From the human T2T-CHM13v2.0 reference genome, Homo sapiens, in NCBI RefSeq assembly GCF_009914755.1, contig NC_060927.1: a stretch of DNA of 64,000 nucleotides; one strand, 5' to 3'. The translations under genes were made by a program, and so were the position numbers. A model generated the notes under the pieces. The model worked only from the letters and a program-made list of their open reading frames with translations, did not search any database and was not told the origin of the DNA. Positions 1-20,337 of this stretch are shown here, piece after piece. Every line of letters begins with the position of its first letter. Position 1 is the first letter of the stretch.

Positions 1-1034
1 AAAAGCAGAACAAGACATGAAGGGGCATAACATTTGGCTATAGATTAGAAGAACAGGAGTAAAAACTTTAGGACAGAAAGCTCAGAAAGAGAAGTGGGTT
101 GGCAAGGAATTAAGGTAAGGCAGATAATACATGGAGACAGGAATCTGGATGTAAGCAGCTTTAGTGGAAGAGGGTTCAAATGAAATAGTAGGCAAATATA
201 ATACGAATATGGGAGAGAGGAGGGGAGGGGAAAAGAAGAAAAAGGGGCCAGAGTAGAAGGTATCACCCAAAGGTCTTTTGGGACTGGGTTGGGCTAAGAA
301 AGACACACAGAGTAGATGATTGCCTCGCAGCATTAACCTTGCTGCCAGCTCTTCAGTTACTCAATACACTCTTCCTATGACTGTTCTACTCTCTCTTCTC
401 AGTCACTCTTTCCTTCTAATGATTCTCACTTTACCAACTTTCAAGTAAAATTAACATCTGACTTTTGTTTGGTATTTATTAAAAATATTTTAGTCACTTG
501 TTCAAAATTTTATAAAGGATAAGTTCATAACTTATCTTTAAAGCAAACAAAACAACACAGTATAATTTTCTACGTGGCCCTCACTGAATCCCTCCAACCC
601 CATCATCAAACTCTATACACTTATTTTAGAAAAACAAACGCATTTATAATAGATGATTATTATACATATAATTTGGTGAAAAAAGGAAGAAATAAACAAT
701 TTAAGAGCAGAAAGAAGAGCCTAAGATATTTTAAGTAATTCAGGGGAAGAAATTAGGAAATTCAATGGAAGAAAAATACAACAGAGACTGGATTGTCCAA
801 AAGATTATAAACACAATTTAGGAGGCCCACAAAGCTCTAGGAAGGTTCTGACTTAGGATAAGGATAGAGGCCAGTAAAGTATTAGGAAGGTTCTAACTCA
901 TAGGGTAAGGAGGACAGAATTAGAAAAGCAACCCTAACCAAAGTCCAGACTTAAAAGTTTAGAATAAGAATAGTAAATCCCAAGTATAACATGAAAGAGA
1001 CAATTAGGTATCTCAGACTTTATCTTTCTAAAAT

Positions 1035-2250
1035 AACAGTATTATTGAGGTAGAATTCAATACCATACAATTCACCTCTTCAAACTGTACAATATAACGA
1101 TTTTTAGTATATCTGCAGAGTTGTGCAACCAAATAATCCATTTTAGAACATTTTCATCACCCCAAAAAATAACCACATACCCATTAGCAATCATTCCCCA
1201 TTTACCCTGATCTCTCCAGTCCTAGGCAAACACTAATCTACTTCCTTTCTCTAAAGACTATATCTAGCCTATGAGTTGCCATATCTGGCCATTTCATATA
1301 AATGGAATCATACAATATGTGGCCTTTTGTGACTGGCTTCTTTCATGAATGTTTTCAAGGTTGATGCATGATGTATCAGTCATCCCTGTTGTGACCAAAT
1401 AATATTCCATCGTATGGATTTACCACATTTTGTTTATCTATTCACCAAGTAATGGACATATGTAGATGTGGGGTGTCTCTATTTTTTGGCTATTATAAAT
1501 AATGCTGTTATGAACACCTGTGTGTAGGTTTTTGTGAGGAATGTTTTCATATCACTTGCATATACAGCCAGGAATGGAATTACTAGGTTATATGATAATT
1601 CTATGTTTGACATTTTGAGGAATTATAAACTGTTTCCAAAGTTGCTGCACCATTTTACATTCCCAATGGCAATGTATGAGGGTTCCAATTGCTCTACATC
1701 CTCATCAATATTTGTTATTGTCTATCATTTTTATTTGTCTATCAGTTTTTATTTTCGTCATCCTGGGGGTGCATAATAGTTTTGATCTGTATTTCCCTCA
1801 TGGTTAAATGGTGTTAAACATCTTTCTATGTGCTATTGCCATCTGTATATTCTTTTTGAAGAAATTCAAATATTTTGTCTGTTTTAAAAATTGGGTTATC
1901 TGTCCTTTTACTATTGAGTTGTAAAGAGCCCCTTATAACAGTCAAGATACGTGTCTTAGAAGATATTTGATTTTGGCCAGGTACGGTGGCTCATGCCTGT
2001 AATCCCAGCACTTTAGGAGGCCGAGGCAGGCGGATCACTTGAGGTCAAAGGTTAAAGACCAGCCTGGCCAACATGGTGAAACCCCATCTGTACTGAAAAT
2101 ACAAAACATAGCTGGGTATGGTTGTGTGCACCTATAATCCCAGCTACTCAGTAGGCTGAGGCAGGAGAATTGCTTGAAGGGAGATGGAGGGTGCAGTGAG
2201 CCGAGATCGTGTCACTGCACTCCAGCCTGGGTGACAGAGTGAGACTATCT

Positions 2251-2285
<35 letters not shown>

Positions 2286-2720
2286 CATTTGATTTGCAAG
2301 TATTTACTCCCATAATATGAGTTTTCTTTTACTTTCTTGATGGCGTTCCTTGAAGCATAAGTTTTTAATTTTGATGATATCCAATTTATCTATTTTTCTC
2401 CATTGGTTGCTTGTGTTTTGGTGTTGTATCTAAGAAACCATTGCCTAGTATTTTCTAAGAGTTTTATTATTTTGGCTCTTACATTTGGTTGTATGATCCA
2501 TTTTGAGTTAATTTTTGGGTGTGGAGTGAGGAAGAGTTGCAACTTCATTCTTTTGCCTGGGGATATCCAGTTTATAAAGCACCACTGCTGAAAACACTAT
2601 TCTTTCCTGCTCTATTAAATGGTCTTGGCACCTCTGACAAAAATCAACAGACCAAAAATATGAGTTTATTTCAGTATAGTTCCATCGATCTATATCTAGT
2701 GTTATGCTAGTACCATACCA
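1035..2720 (-). mobile_element. Old L1MB-like 3' fragment interrupted by an Alu
   Basis: Reverse-oriented L1M 3'UTR/ORF2 motifs (catataaatggaatcatacaatatgtggccttttgtgactggcttc). Confidence 0.75.
1975..2283 (+). mobile_element. Alu (S-type)
   Basis: Dimeric Alu, long A-tail, TSD aaga(t/c)atttgattt. Confidence 0.95.
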
Positions 2721-2792
2721 CCAGAACTTACTTTTTAAAAAATATTTGATAGAAAAAAATTGTTTAATTATTATTTTAAAACTATTTGACCT

Positions 2793-3097
<305 letters not shown>

Positions 3098-3899
3098 CTA
3101 TTTGACTTAATGTCTTTATGAACCATACTTAAGTTTAGTTGTTTTAACAAAGAAGAATGGTTCTGATATAAATTTAAGAGTGGGCAAAAACAAACTTTAA
3201 CTTTAGAGGGCTATATCCAACAGAAAATTTGGAAACCATAAAGGGAGCAGTATTTGAGAATCAAAACTATGCCTTCTAAACATTAAAGTTAGAATTTGAT
3301 CACTATAACAAAAGAATACTTGTTTCAAATGAATGTAATATTCAGTATAAACTCTTGAGAATATATGGTAGTGGAAAAAGGGAAATAGTGGAACAATAGT
3401 CTGAAGAAAGGTGTAAACCGAAATTAATCTACGCTTTAACTTACAGAAGTTTAAGATCTGTTTAATATGTGTTGTTATTTTGAGGATTCGAAATACTACC
3501 TATAAAATAATAAGGCCATAGGCGTCAAGAATAGAAAACACTCTGCATGTTTGAAAAGCAAAGCTCACGTACCCAGAGTCCTCCACTGCCTACTACCTGC
3601 TAAAGAAGCATCACCAAGGAGAATGACACAAGCACAGCATGGAAGAAAGAACAATGGACTGCGTGTCAGGAAGCCATCAACCTCTTACTGACTAGCTGTC
3701 ACTGCTCTGGGTCTCAGAGTCTTCATCTGCCAAGTGACTACCCACTTCGAGGAGGGAGAAATGGTAAGAATGGCTAGGGGTAATAAGTCATTGGCCTATT
3801 TCAGTAAGAACATTAAAGTATTAGCTACCTGCATATGATAAAACCCCTATGAAGTTAATTCTGATAAGAGGAAAATCAAATAAAGAGTTTCCTCTAACA

Positions 3900-5300
3900 A
3901 GTAACATTACTAACAAAAGATATAAATCAAGAAGAAAGGAAAATTATAGGTCATCATTTTGAGCATAGATGCAAAAATTCTAAGCACATATGTGCACACT
4001 TAATTTATAACAAAATAAGAAATGAAGAAAGATGTTTTCAATAAGTGGTGTTGGGTCAAGTGAGTATCCACACGAAAAAAATTTTTACCTGAAGTCTTTT
4101 ATCATTGCATTTGCCAACAAACAAACAAACAAATCCAAGTGGATTATAGCTCTAAATGTGAATAAAACGTTAAGACAATTACATACAAGAATGTCTTCAT
4201 ACATTAGGGTAAGCAAAGATTTCATAAATGGGGCACAGAAATTTCTACTCATAAAGAAAATGACTAAGAACTACATTAAAATTAAGAACTTATGTACATC
4301 AAAAGGTATCACCAAGAAAGTACAAAAGCAAGTCACAGAGTGAGAGAAGATACTTGAAGCATATAGCATTGACAATGGCTTGTATACAGAACATATAAAA
4401 AAGTTCTACAAATCAAGTTTTTAAAAAGAGAACTCAATTTAAAAAAAAAAAAATTGGCAAGAGGCCTGAAAAGAACACCACAAAAGAAGACATCCAAATG
4501 GCTGATAAACAGATTAAATGGTGCTTCTCTCTATTTGTAATCAGAAAAATGCATGTTACAACTGCAATGAAACACTACACCCACTAAAAACCTAAAATTA
4601 GTAAAAATAAGCCTAACAATACAAAATAATGGTGAATATGTAGAATAATGGAAACTTGCAAACAGTACCAGTGATAATACAAATGGGATACAACCACTCT
4701 GGAAAACTGTCCATATCAACTAAATGCCTCCAAAAGAATGAATTAGTATGTATACCACAAAGCATATACAAGAAAGTTATTAGCAGCATACTCATAAAAA
4801 CCGTAAACCAAAAACAATGCAAATATCCATCTATAGTTTGGATTCGTAGTCTATTCATACAATGGAAAACTATAAGGCTATCAAAAAGAACTGTAGCTGG
4901 ATCCAACAACCCAAAAGAATCTATATATATACATACACATGCACACACATACATATACACGCACACATATATATACACACACACACGTAAAAAACATAAT
5001 TTTAACAGAAAGAAGTCAAACACAAAAAAGTATATGATTCTATTAATATAAAATTCAGAAACAGGCAAAACTAAACTATGGTGTTAGAAGTCAGGATTGT
5101 GGTTACTTTTAGGAAGAGAAGAGGTAAACATTTAAAAGGATTTGAAGTGGCTTCTGGGATGTTGTAATGTTCTACTTCATCTGTGTGGTGGATACATGCA
5201 TGCATTCACTTTGCTATAATTTATAGATTTGTATACTAATGATTCGTGCACTTTTCTGTATGGAGTTCCTAGCTGAATAAACATTTAAAATATTTTTTTA
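3900..5300 (+). mobile_element. Ancient L1M(E) ORF2/3'UTR fragments with an embedded (TA/CA)n repeat at 4921-4986
   Basis: Degenerate L1 ORF2 C-terminal motifs (gaagacatccaaatggctgataaac) and an L1ME-like 3' end. Confidence 0.6.
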
Positions 5301-7342
5301 AAAAGTAATTCCTGCCTCTGATTTCCATATGTAAGAAGCTTGGAAAGTTGCTACTCTGCCCTAACAACAAGTAAAAAGTTAAACAAACTACAAAATCAAC
5401 AACTCTTCTTAGATCTGTAAGAAAAGTGAGGTCACATGGCAAACCGCCGCACCAAAAATTAGAGATGGGGAGATGAAAACAGAGAATCACAACTTACCAG
5501 AGCATAACCCATCAGCAGAAACCTCTGTGAAAACCAGTGCCAGGGTAGGAAAACCTGACCTGTAGTTAACAAATTGGTGGAGGATCAGAGTGGACAACTC
5601 TTGAGAGTTAAAAACTCCAGGGGACACAGTCATGGTGGTGCAGAGGGAGATCACACTTTTTGAGTTTTACCTCCAGGAGTTCAACTTGGTTTTCAGAATA
5701 TCAATGCAAAATCCTATCATGTTTCCAGCAGGGAGAACCGAAAAAGAACCATTTTGAAATATGTGAGTGTATTCTGTTCTCCTTAACAATGTCTGACCTT
5801 AAGTGAAACTATTTAATTAGACTTAACCTGCTGGGGTTTTATCAGAGCCTAAATGACCTAGGAAAATACCCATCTCCTGCTGCTCTAGTTTTCCACGTGG
5901 AGAAATGGAAATCCCGAACTCCAGTCTCCTATACCCTTCCACCTGAAAAAAAAGGGAAATATATGATTCCAGCCCACTCTAGCTAGCCATTCTGTCCCAC
6001 CTAAGTGAGAGGAGGGTGGGAAACACTTAGAAACATTTGTGAGGTTCACAATTCAGAGACAGAGGCTCACTAAAAGAGACCTACTCACAGGACTACAGAA
6101 CACTTCCTCTCCCATACCTTACCAACACATTACTAAAGGCCTGTTTCAAGTAGTTCCTTTTACCTGATACATCATGTCCAACTATTAAAAAAAAATTACA
6201 TGGCATTATAAAAGACAAAAAAAAGAGAGAGCAAGTAACAGAACCAGATCCAGTTATGGAAGATATGTTGGAATTACCAGACCAGGAATTTTTTTAAAAC
6301 TATGACTAAGGAGGAGCCAAGATGGCCGAATAGGAACAGCTCTGGTCTACAGCTCCCAGCGTGAGAGACCCAGAAGACAGGTGATTTCTGCATTTCCATC
6401 TGAGGTACCAGGTTCATCTCACTAGGGAGTGCCAGACAGTGGGCGCAGGTCAGTGGGTACAGCGCACCGTGCACGAGCCAAAGCAGGGCGAGGCATTGCC
6501 TCACTTGGGAAGCACAAGGGGTCAGGGAGTTCCCTTTCCTAGTCAAAGAAAGGGGTGACAGATGGCACCTGGAAAATCGGGTCACTCCCACCTGAATACT
6601 GCGCTTTTCCGACAGGCTTAAAAAATGGCGCACCAGGAGATTATATCCTGCACCTGGCTCGGAGGGTCCTACGCCCACGGAGACTCACTGATTGCTAGCA
6701 CAGCAGTCTGAGATCAAACTGCAAGGCGGCAGCGAGGCTGGGAGAGGGGTGCCCGCCATTGCCCAGGCTTGCTTAGGTAAACAAAGCAGCTGGGAAGCTC
6801 CAACTGGGTGGAGCCCACCACAGCTCAAGGAGGCCTGCCTGCCTCTGTAGGCTCCACCTCTGGGGGCAGGGCACAGACAAACAAAAAGACAGCAGTAACC
6901 TCTGCAGACTTAAATGTCCCTGTCTGACAGCTTTGAAGAGAGCAGTGGTTCTCCCAGCAGGCAGCTGGAGATCTGAGAACGGGCAGACTGCCTCCTCAAG
7001 TGGGTCCCTGACCCCTGACCCATGAGCAGCCTAACTGGGAGGCACCCCTCAGTAAGGGCAGACTGACACCTCACATGGCCGGGGACTCCTCTGAGACAAA
7101 ACTTCCAGAGGAACGAGCTGACAGCAGCATTCGCGGTTCACGAAAAACCACTGTTCTGCAGCCACCACTGCTGATACCCAGGCAAACAGGGTCTGGAGTG
7201 GACCTCTAGCAAATTCCAACAGACCTGCAGCTGAGGGTCCTGTCTGTTAGAAGGAAAACGAACAAACAGAAAGGACATCCACACCAAAAACCCATCTGTA
7301 CATCACCATCATCAAAGACCAAAAGTAGATAAAACCACAAAG

Positions 7343-8356
7343 ATGGGGAAAAAACAGAGCAGAAGAACTGGAAACTCTAAAAAGCAGAGCACCTCTCCTC
7401 CTCCAAAGGAACGCAGTTCCTCACCAGCAACGGAACAAAGCTGGATGGAGAATGACTTTGACGAGTTGACAGAAGAAGGCTTCAGACGATCAAATTATGA
7501 GCTACAGGAGGAAATTCAAACCAAAGGCAAAGAAGTTAAAAACTTTGAAAAAAATTTAGATGAATGTACAACTAGAATAACCAATACAGAGAAGTGCTTA
7601 AAGGAGCTGATGGAGCTGAAAGCCCAGGCTCGAGAACTACATGAAAAATGCAGAAGCCTCAGGAGCTGATGCGATCAACTGGAAGAAAGGGTATCAGTGA
7701 TGGAAGATGAAATGAATGAAATGAAGCAAGAAGGGAAGTTTAGAGAAAAAAGAATAAAAAGAAATGAACAAAGCCTCCAAGAAATATGGGACTATGTGAA
7801 AAGACCAAATCTACGTCTGACTGGTGTACCTGAAAGTGACGGGGAGAATGGAACCAAGTTGGAAAACACTCTGCAGGATATTATCCAGGAGAACTTCCCC
7901 AATCTAGCAAGGCAGGCCAACATTCAGATTCAGGAAATACAGAGAACGCTACAAAGATACTCCTCGTGAAAAGCAACTCCAAGACACATAATTGTCAGAT
8001 TCACCAAGGTTGAAATGAAGGAAAAAATGTTAAGGGCAGCCAGAGAGAAAGGTCGGGTTACCCACTAAGGGAAGCCCAACAGACTAACAGCAGATGTCTC
8101 GGCAGAAACTCTACAAGCCAGAAGAGAGTGGGGGCCAATATTCAACATTCTTAAAGAAAAGAATTTTCAACCCAGAATTTCATATCCAGCCAAACTAAGC
8201 TTCAGAAGTGAAGGAGAAATAAAATACTTTACAGACAAGCAAATGCTGAGAGATTTTGTCACCACCAGGCCTGCCCTAAAAGAGCTCCTGAAGGAAGCAC
8301 TAAACATGGAAAGGAACAACCAGTACCAGCCACTGCAAAATCATGCCAAAATGTAA
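7343..8356 (+). pseudogene. L1 ORF1p, disrupted
   Basis: MGKKQSRRTGNSK... start and ...AKM* end; premature stops at 7667-7669, 7967-7969 and 8066-8068. Confidence 0.93.
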
Positions 8357-8404
8357 AGACCATCAAGACTAGGAAGAAACTGCATCAACTAACGAGCAAA
8401 ATAA

Positions 8405-12354
<3,950 letters not shown>

Positions 12355-15300
12355 ACGATGAGAACACATGGACACAGGAAGGGGAACATCACACTCTGGG
12401 GACTGTTGTGGGGTGGGGGGAGGGGGGAGGGATAGCATTGGGAGATATACCTAATGCTAGATGACGAGTTAGTGGGTGCAGCACACCAGCATGTCACATG
12501 TATACATATGTAACTAACCTGCACAGTGCACATGTACCCTAAAACTTAAAGTATAATAATAATAAAAAATAAAAAATAAAAAAAAATGTCTAACACACGT
12601 GGGGCTTGCTGCCTGAAAAAAAAAAATTATTCCTATTTTATAAAATAAAAAATTTATCTAAAGTTTAAAAACAAAAACTATGATTAATAGCTAAGGGCTC
12701 CAAAGAATGAGGCAGATAGCATGCCAAAAAGGAAAAAAAAAAGTAGATAGGTAAGAAGAGAGAAAGAAATTCTAACAAAGTACCAAAAAAAAAAAAAAAA
12801 GCTGGAGATGAAAAACTTAATAAAATTAAAGAATGTCCTTATTGGGCTTATTACTAGACTGTACACTGATGTATCTCTGAGCTTGAGGAAATCTCAATAG
12901 AATTCTCCAAAACTGAAAAAGCAAAGAAAAAAGAGATTGGAAAACAAAACAGAAGAGACTATCCAAGAACTGTGGGGCATCTATAAAAGATGGAACATAC
13001 ATGTTAATGGGGATAATAGAACAAGAAAGAACAGAAAGAATACTTGAAAAAAAGTATCTGAAACAATAATCATGGAGAATTTCCCAAATTAATGCCAGAT
13101 ACCAAACCGCAGATCCAGGAAGCTCAGAGAACACCAAGCAGAACAAATGACAAAAGAACTACACTTACACATATCATATTCAAACTATAGTAAATCAAAA
13201 ATAAAGAAAAATATTCTCAAAGTAACCAGAGGGGGAAAAAAACACTGCCTATAGAGGAGCAAAGATAAAAACTACATCCCACTTCTCCTTGTGCAAGCAA
13301 GAAGAAAGTGAAGTGAAATATTTAAAGTGTTGACAGAAAAAACACACTAATCTACAATTCTTTTTAGTTTTCTTTTCTACCAATCTAGAATTCTATACCC
13401 AGTAAAATTATCCTTTAAAAGTAAAGAAGAAATAAAGACTTTCTCAAAAAAAGATTGAAGGAATTTGTTGCCAGTAGTGCAAGAAATGTTAAAAAGGAGT
13501 TCTTTAGAGAGAAGGAAAATGATACAGGTCAAAAACTCAGATCTACATAAAGGTATAAATCTAACGAAATAAGTGTAAGACTTTACGAGGAAAAGTACAA
13601 AGCTCTGATGCAAGAAACCAAAAAATAAGAAATAAATTGAGACATATTCCACATTCGTGGATAGGATGGCTCGGTATTTTCAAGATGTCAGTTCTTCCCA
13701 ACTTGATCTATGGATTCAATGCAATTCCAATCAATATTCCAGCCAAGTTATTTTGTGGATAACAACAAAACAATTTTAAAATTTATAGGGAGAGGCAAAA
13801 GATCTAGAATAGCTAACACATTATTAAAGGAAAAGAACAAATTTGGAAGATTGACACTACCTAACTTACAAAACTACGGGCAGTGTAGTATTAGTGAAAG
13901 AACAGACAAATGGATCAATGGAACAGAAAGAGAACCACATAAATATGATAAAAGTGATCTTTGGAAAAGGGACAAAGTCAATATAAAGAATAAAAGATAG
14001 TTTCTTCAAAAAACTGTGCTAGGTCAACTGGACATTCACAAACAAAAACATGAATCTAGATACAGACCTACATCCTTCCCAAAAATTAATTCAAATGGAT
14101 CACAGAACTAAATATAAAAAGCAAAACTATGAAACTATTAGAAGATAACATAGGAGAAAATCTAATTGACCTTTGGTTTGGTGATGACTTTTTAAAACAA
14201 CACCAAAAGCATGAACCATGAAAGAAATAACTGATAAGTTGAACTTCATTAAAATTAAAACTTTCTTCTCTTTGAAAGACACCATCAAGAGAATGAGAAG
14301 ACAAGCCACAGAGTGGGAGAAAATATTTGCAAAAGACACATCTGTTAAAGGACTGCTTCCCAAAATAAAAAAAGAACTCTTAAAACTCAACAATAAGGAA
14401 GTTAACAATCCATTTTAAATAAGGGCAAAAGATCTGAACAAACATCTCACCAGAGAAGATATACAGATGGCAAACAAGCATACAAAAAGGTACTCCAAAT
14501 CATAGGTCATCAGGGAAATGCAAAATTAAAACATGATACCACTAAATACCTGTTAAAATGGCCAAAACCCAAAACACTGACAAGATCAAATCCTGGCGAG
14601 AATGTGAAGCAATAGGAACTCTCCTTCACTGCTGGTGGGAATACAAAATGGTACAAGCACTTTGGAAGACAGTCTGGCAACTTCTTACAAAATTAAACAT
14701 ACTCTTACCATGCAACACAGTGATTGCATTCTTTGGTATTTACCCAAAGGAGACAAAAATGTATGTCCACACAAAGCCTGCAAACTCACATTTTTAGCAG
14801 TTTTGTTCATAATTGCCAAAACTTGGAAGCAAATTAGATGTCCCACAGTAGAATGGAAAAACTGTGGTACTTCCAGATAATGGAAAAGTTTTCAACCCTA
14901 AAAAGAAATGAGCTATCAAGCCATGAAAAGTTATGGAGAAAACCTAAAATATGTATTATGAAGTGAAAGAAGACAATTTGAAAAAGCTACATATTGTATG
15001 AATGTAACTATATGGAGACAGTAAAAAGATGAATGTTGCCAAGGATTAGGCCAGAGGGAGGGATAAACAGATGAAACATTACGGATTTTTAAGGCAGTAA
15101 AACTATTCTGTATGATACTACAATAGCGGACACATGTCATTGTACATCTGTCCAAACCCATGAAATATATAACACCAAGGGTCACCCCTAGTGCAAACTA
15201 TAATCTTTGGGTGATAATGATATGTCAATGTAGGTTCATCAATTATAACAAATGTACCACTCTGTTGAGGAATATTGATAATGGGAGAGGCTAGGCATGT

Positions 15301-15381
15301 ATAGCGACAGAGTATACAGGAAATCTCTGTACCTTCACTTAATTTTACTGTGAACCTAAAAGTGCTCTAAAAATAAAGTCT

Positions 15382-15686
<305 letters not shown>

Positions 15687-15700
15687 TTAAGAATAATAAA

Positions 15701-16131
<431 letters not shown>

Positions 16132-16601
16132 TTAGCCCTGGAAGTAGAAAATGAATAGATGATCAAGTCAACAAAAAGCTTATTTCTGAGACAATCTTAT
16201 TACCAGCAAATAATTGGTATTGGCAAACAACTGCTGCTAAGAGAGACAATCAAATATAATGAAACACATCATACTAGAACACATCACCACCCGTAAAGTC
16301 GCCTTGCTCTTCCTGACATCCCCCCACCAAATATCTGTTGAAATCTCTAGATTTAACTACACAATTACAGGATATGAAGAGAAAATAACATGTTAAACTA
16401 TATACCACAGGAAAAGAATTGGCAAACTCCAGAATGGGGGAAACTTCACAGAATAAACTGTCAGCTTATTCAACAAATAAAACACAAGGATAAAAGAGTG
16501 TTGGAGTACATAAAGGTTTTAAAAGACTTAACAAAACATAATATAACATATAGACTTTATTTGGACCCTGGTTCAACAAACTGTTAAAAGCACATACATA
16601 C

Positions 16602-17035
16602 TACTATGGTTTGAATTTGATCCCTCCAAGCCTCAAGCTGAAATCTGATCTCTAACGTTGGAGGTGAGACCTAATGGGAGGTGTTTGGGTCATGGGTGTG
16701 GATCCTTCATGAATAGATTAATGTCCTGTCCTCCCTGGGGCAGGGAAGAGTGAATGAGTTCTCCCTAGGTTAGTTCCTAGGAGAGCTGGTAGTTAAAAAG
16801 AGCCTGACTCTTGTTCTCTAGCTTCCTCTCTGGCCAGGTGATCTCTGCAAACACCACCTCCTCATCACTTTCCACTGTGAGTAGAAGCTGTGAGAGGCCC
16901 TCACCAGAAGCCTAGCAAATGCTGGCACGGTGCTTCTTGTATAGCCCCTGAATCATGAGCCAAATAAACGTCTTTTCTTTATAAATTACCCAGCCTCAGA
17001 TATTCCTTTACAGCAACACAAAACAGATTAAGACA
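16602..17035 (+). mobile_element. MaLR solo LTR (MST-like)
   Basis: t(g/a)ctatggtttgaat... to ...ataaattacccagcctcag...taagaca; AATAAA; 5-bp flanks catac/cacac. Confidence 0.85.
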
Positions 17036-18188
17036 CACACTTATGATATTTATGAAACAACTGGAAATTTGAACCCTAACTACATATTTGATATTATAGA
17101 ATTATATGAAAAAAAAACTTTATAGAGTGTGATGATGGTATTGTGACTGACAAAAAATTTTTTCTTTTAAAAATACATTGAAATATTTACAAGTGAAATG
17201 TTATAACTTGGACTTGCTTCAACATAATACAGCACAAGGGTAAGTAGTCTAGGGTGTAACACAAAAAACTGGATACACACTGATAATTGTTTAAACCAAG
17301 TAATAGGTAAATGAAGGTTCATTATTTTATTCCACCTACTTGAGTATTTGTTTGAAATGCTAAATACCCTAATAAAAAGTTTTAAAAAATTCCTTTAGTG
17401 AATGCCCTCAAAATTTCATTATGAAGAAAAAGAAATACTTTAATACAAATATCCTTAATAAAAGTATATAAACTGAGAAGCAGTAAAGAAAAAAAGCCAT
17501 TGAAAAATATTTTCTGATACACTAGAAGATTATCAGCAGGATCTTTAGTGATCTGACTAATGCCACACTACTCATATATTCTTGATTTCCTTTTTAGTTG
17601 AACAGGTTTTAAGAGTAGTGACTAATTTAAAAAACAAAAACAAAAACAAAAACAAATTGTCAGTTGTTTGGCTAGAAGTAAGGATAGATGGGACTTAATG
17701 GTTAGTTCTTGAGTGTGAGAGACTGAGTAACAAAGAGCTTAGATTCCCTGCTACAGTCTACCTGTATGTTAATTGTGGGGACAGATTGTCAGCTTCCTTT
17801 GGTTATTGCTGAAATAGGCTGTATAACATTTTGCAATTGTAAGAACCCTACAATTGGTTACTTATTAAGCTTTTAAAAAACTGATTCTCATACAGTTTCT
17901 GTTACCCAATAAATTGTATGGTACCTTTCAACAGTACATACTTTTAAAGGATTTACTTGATGAATGAATTAATATTTTTAGTAAATCCTTGCTCAAGCAT
18001 CTCCCAAATAATGACTATTACCACCTGGTATCAAAGGATGATTACTTGATAATGGTACATAATTACATACTAAATAATAAATGAATATATAATGAAACAA
18101 TGACAAAAAATATTACAGGACCTTAAGAACTTTTTAAATGGTGATAACATATATATCCTTTTGTATCTTTTGAATTTTAAAACATTTC

Positions 18189-19130
<942 letters not shown>

Positions 19131-19213
19131 TACATTGAAATACACAAATAAAATGAAAACTTTTAAAACTAGTGGTGAAAAAAAAAAAAAGAACCAAATT
19201 TAGCAAGACTTAC

Positions 19214-19311
19214 CTAGCAGGGGGAATTCCTCTCTTATAAAGATCCATCCTCACTTTTTCTCCCACATGTCTATAAATCTCCACTATAGCCAATATTGCA
19301 GCATCTCTCAC
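19214..19311 (-). CDS. CLASP2: CLASP2 coding exon 6 (VRDAAILAIVEIYRHVGEKVRMDLYKRGIPPA(R))
   Basis: ttctttgacag|GTG ... AG|GTAAGT; 98 nt; the next exon was not found in the window. Confidence 0.96.
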
Positions 19312-19550
19312 CTGTCAAAGAATTCAGAACTTTTTAATAAACTTATATATGATACAATAAAATACTTCATCTCAAGGTAACATTACACTAACAGACCAAC
19401 TTGAAGCTCTAAGTGGATTTTAATGCCCCTGCATATATGGCTTGTCATCAGTAAAAAAACAAGAGGGCCTGCCAAGATACTTCTAGAAAAAACTACTAAA
19501 AGATGATTTTACAGAAATTTGAGAAACTTGTCAATAAAAGTTACTTATTA

Positions 19551-20222
<672 letters not shown>

Positions 20223-20337
20223 TCCTATCTGTAGTAAGATTATGTAAACAACTGCCAATAATTATATTAATACAAATTATGATCACGGTTAATGTATTTT
20301 CCTGTATTAAGACTGCATTTCAAGAATGTGGCCTGAA

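Noticed and set aside
4613-5068. 151-aa and 131-aa overlapping ORFs; similar ORFs at 43137-43551
   Set aside because: They are decayed L1 sequence kept open by stop-free dinucleotide microsatellites.
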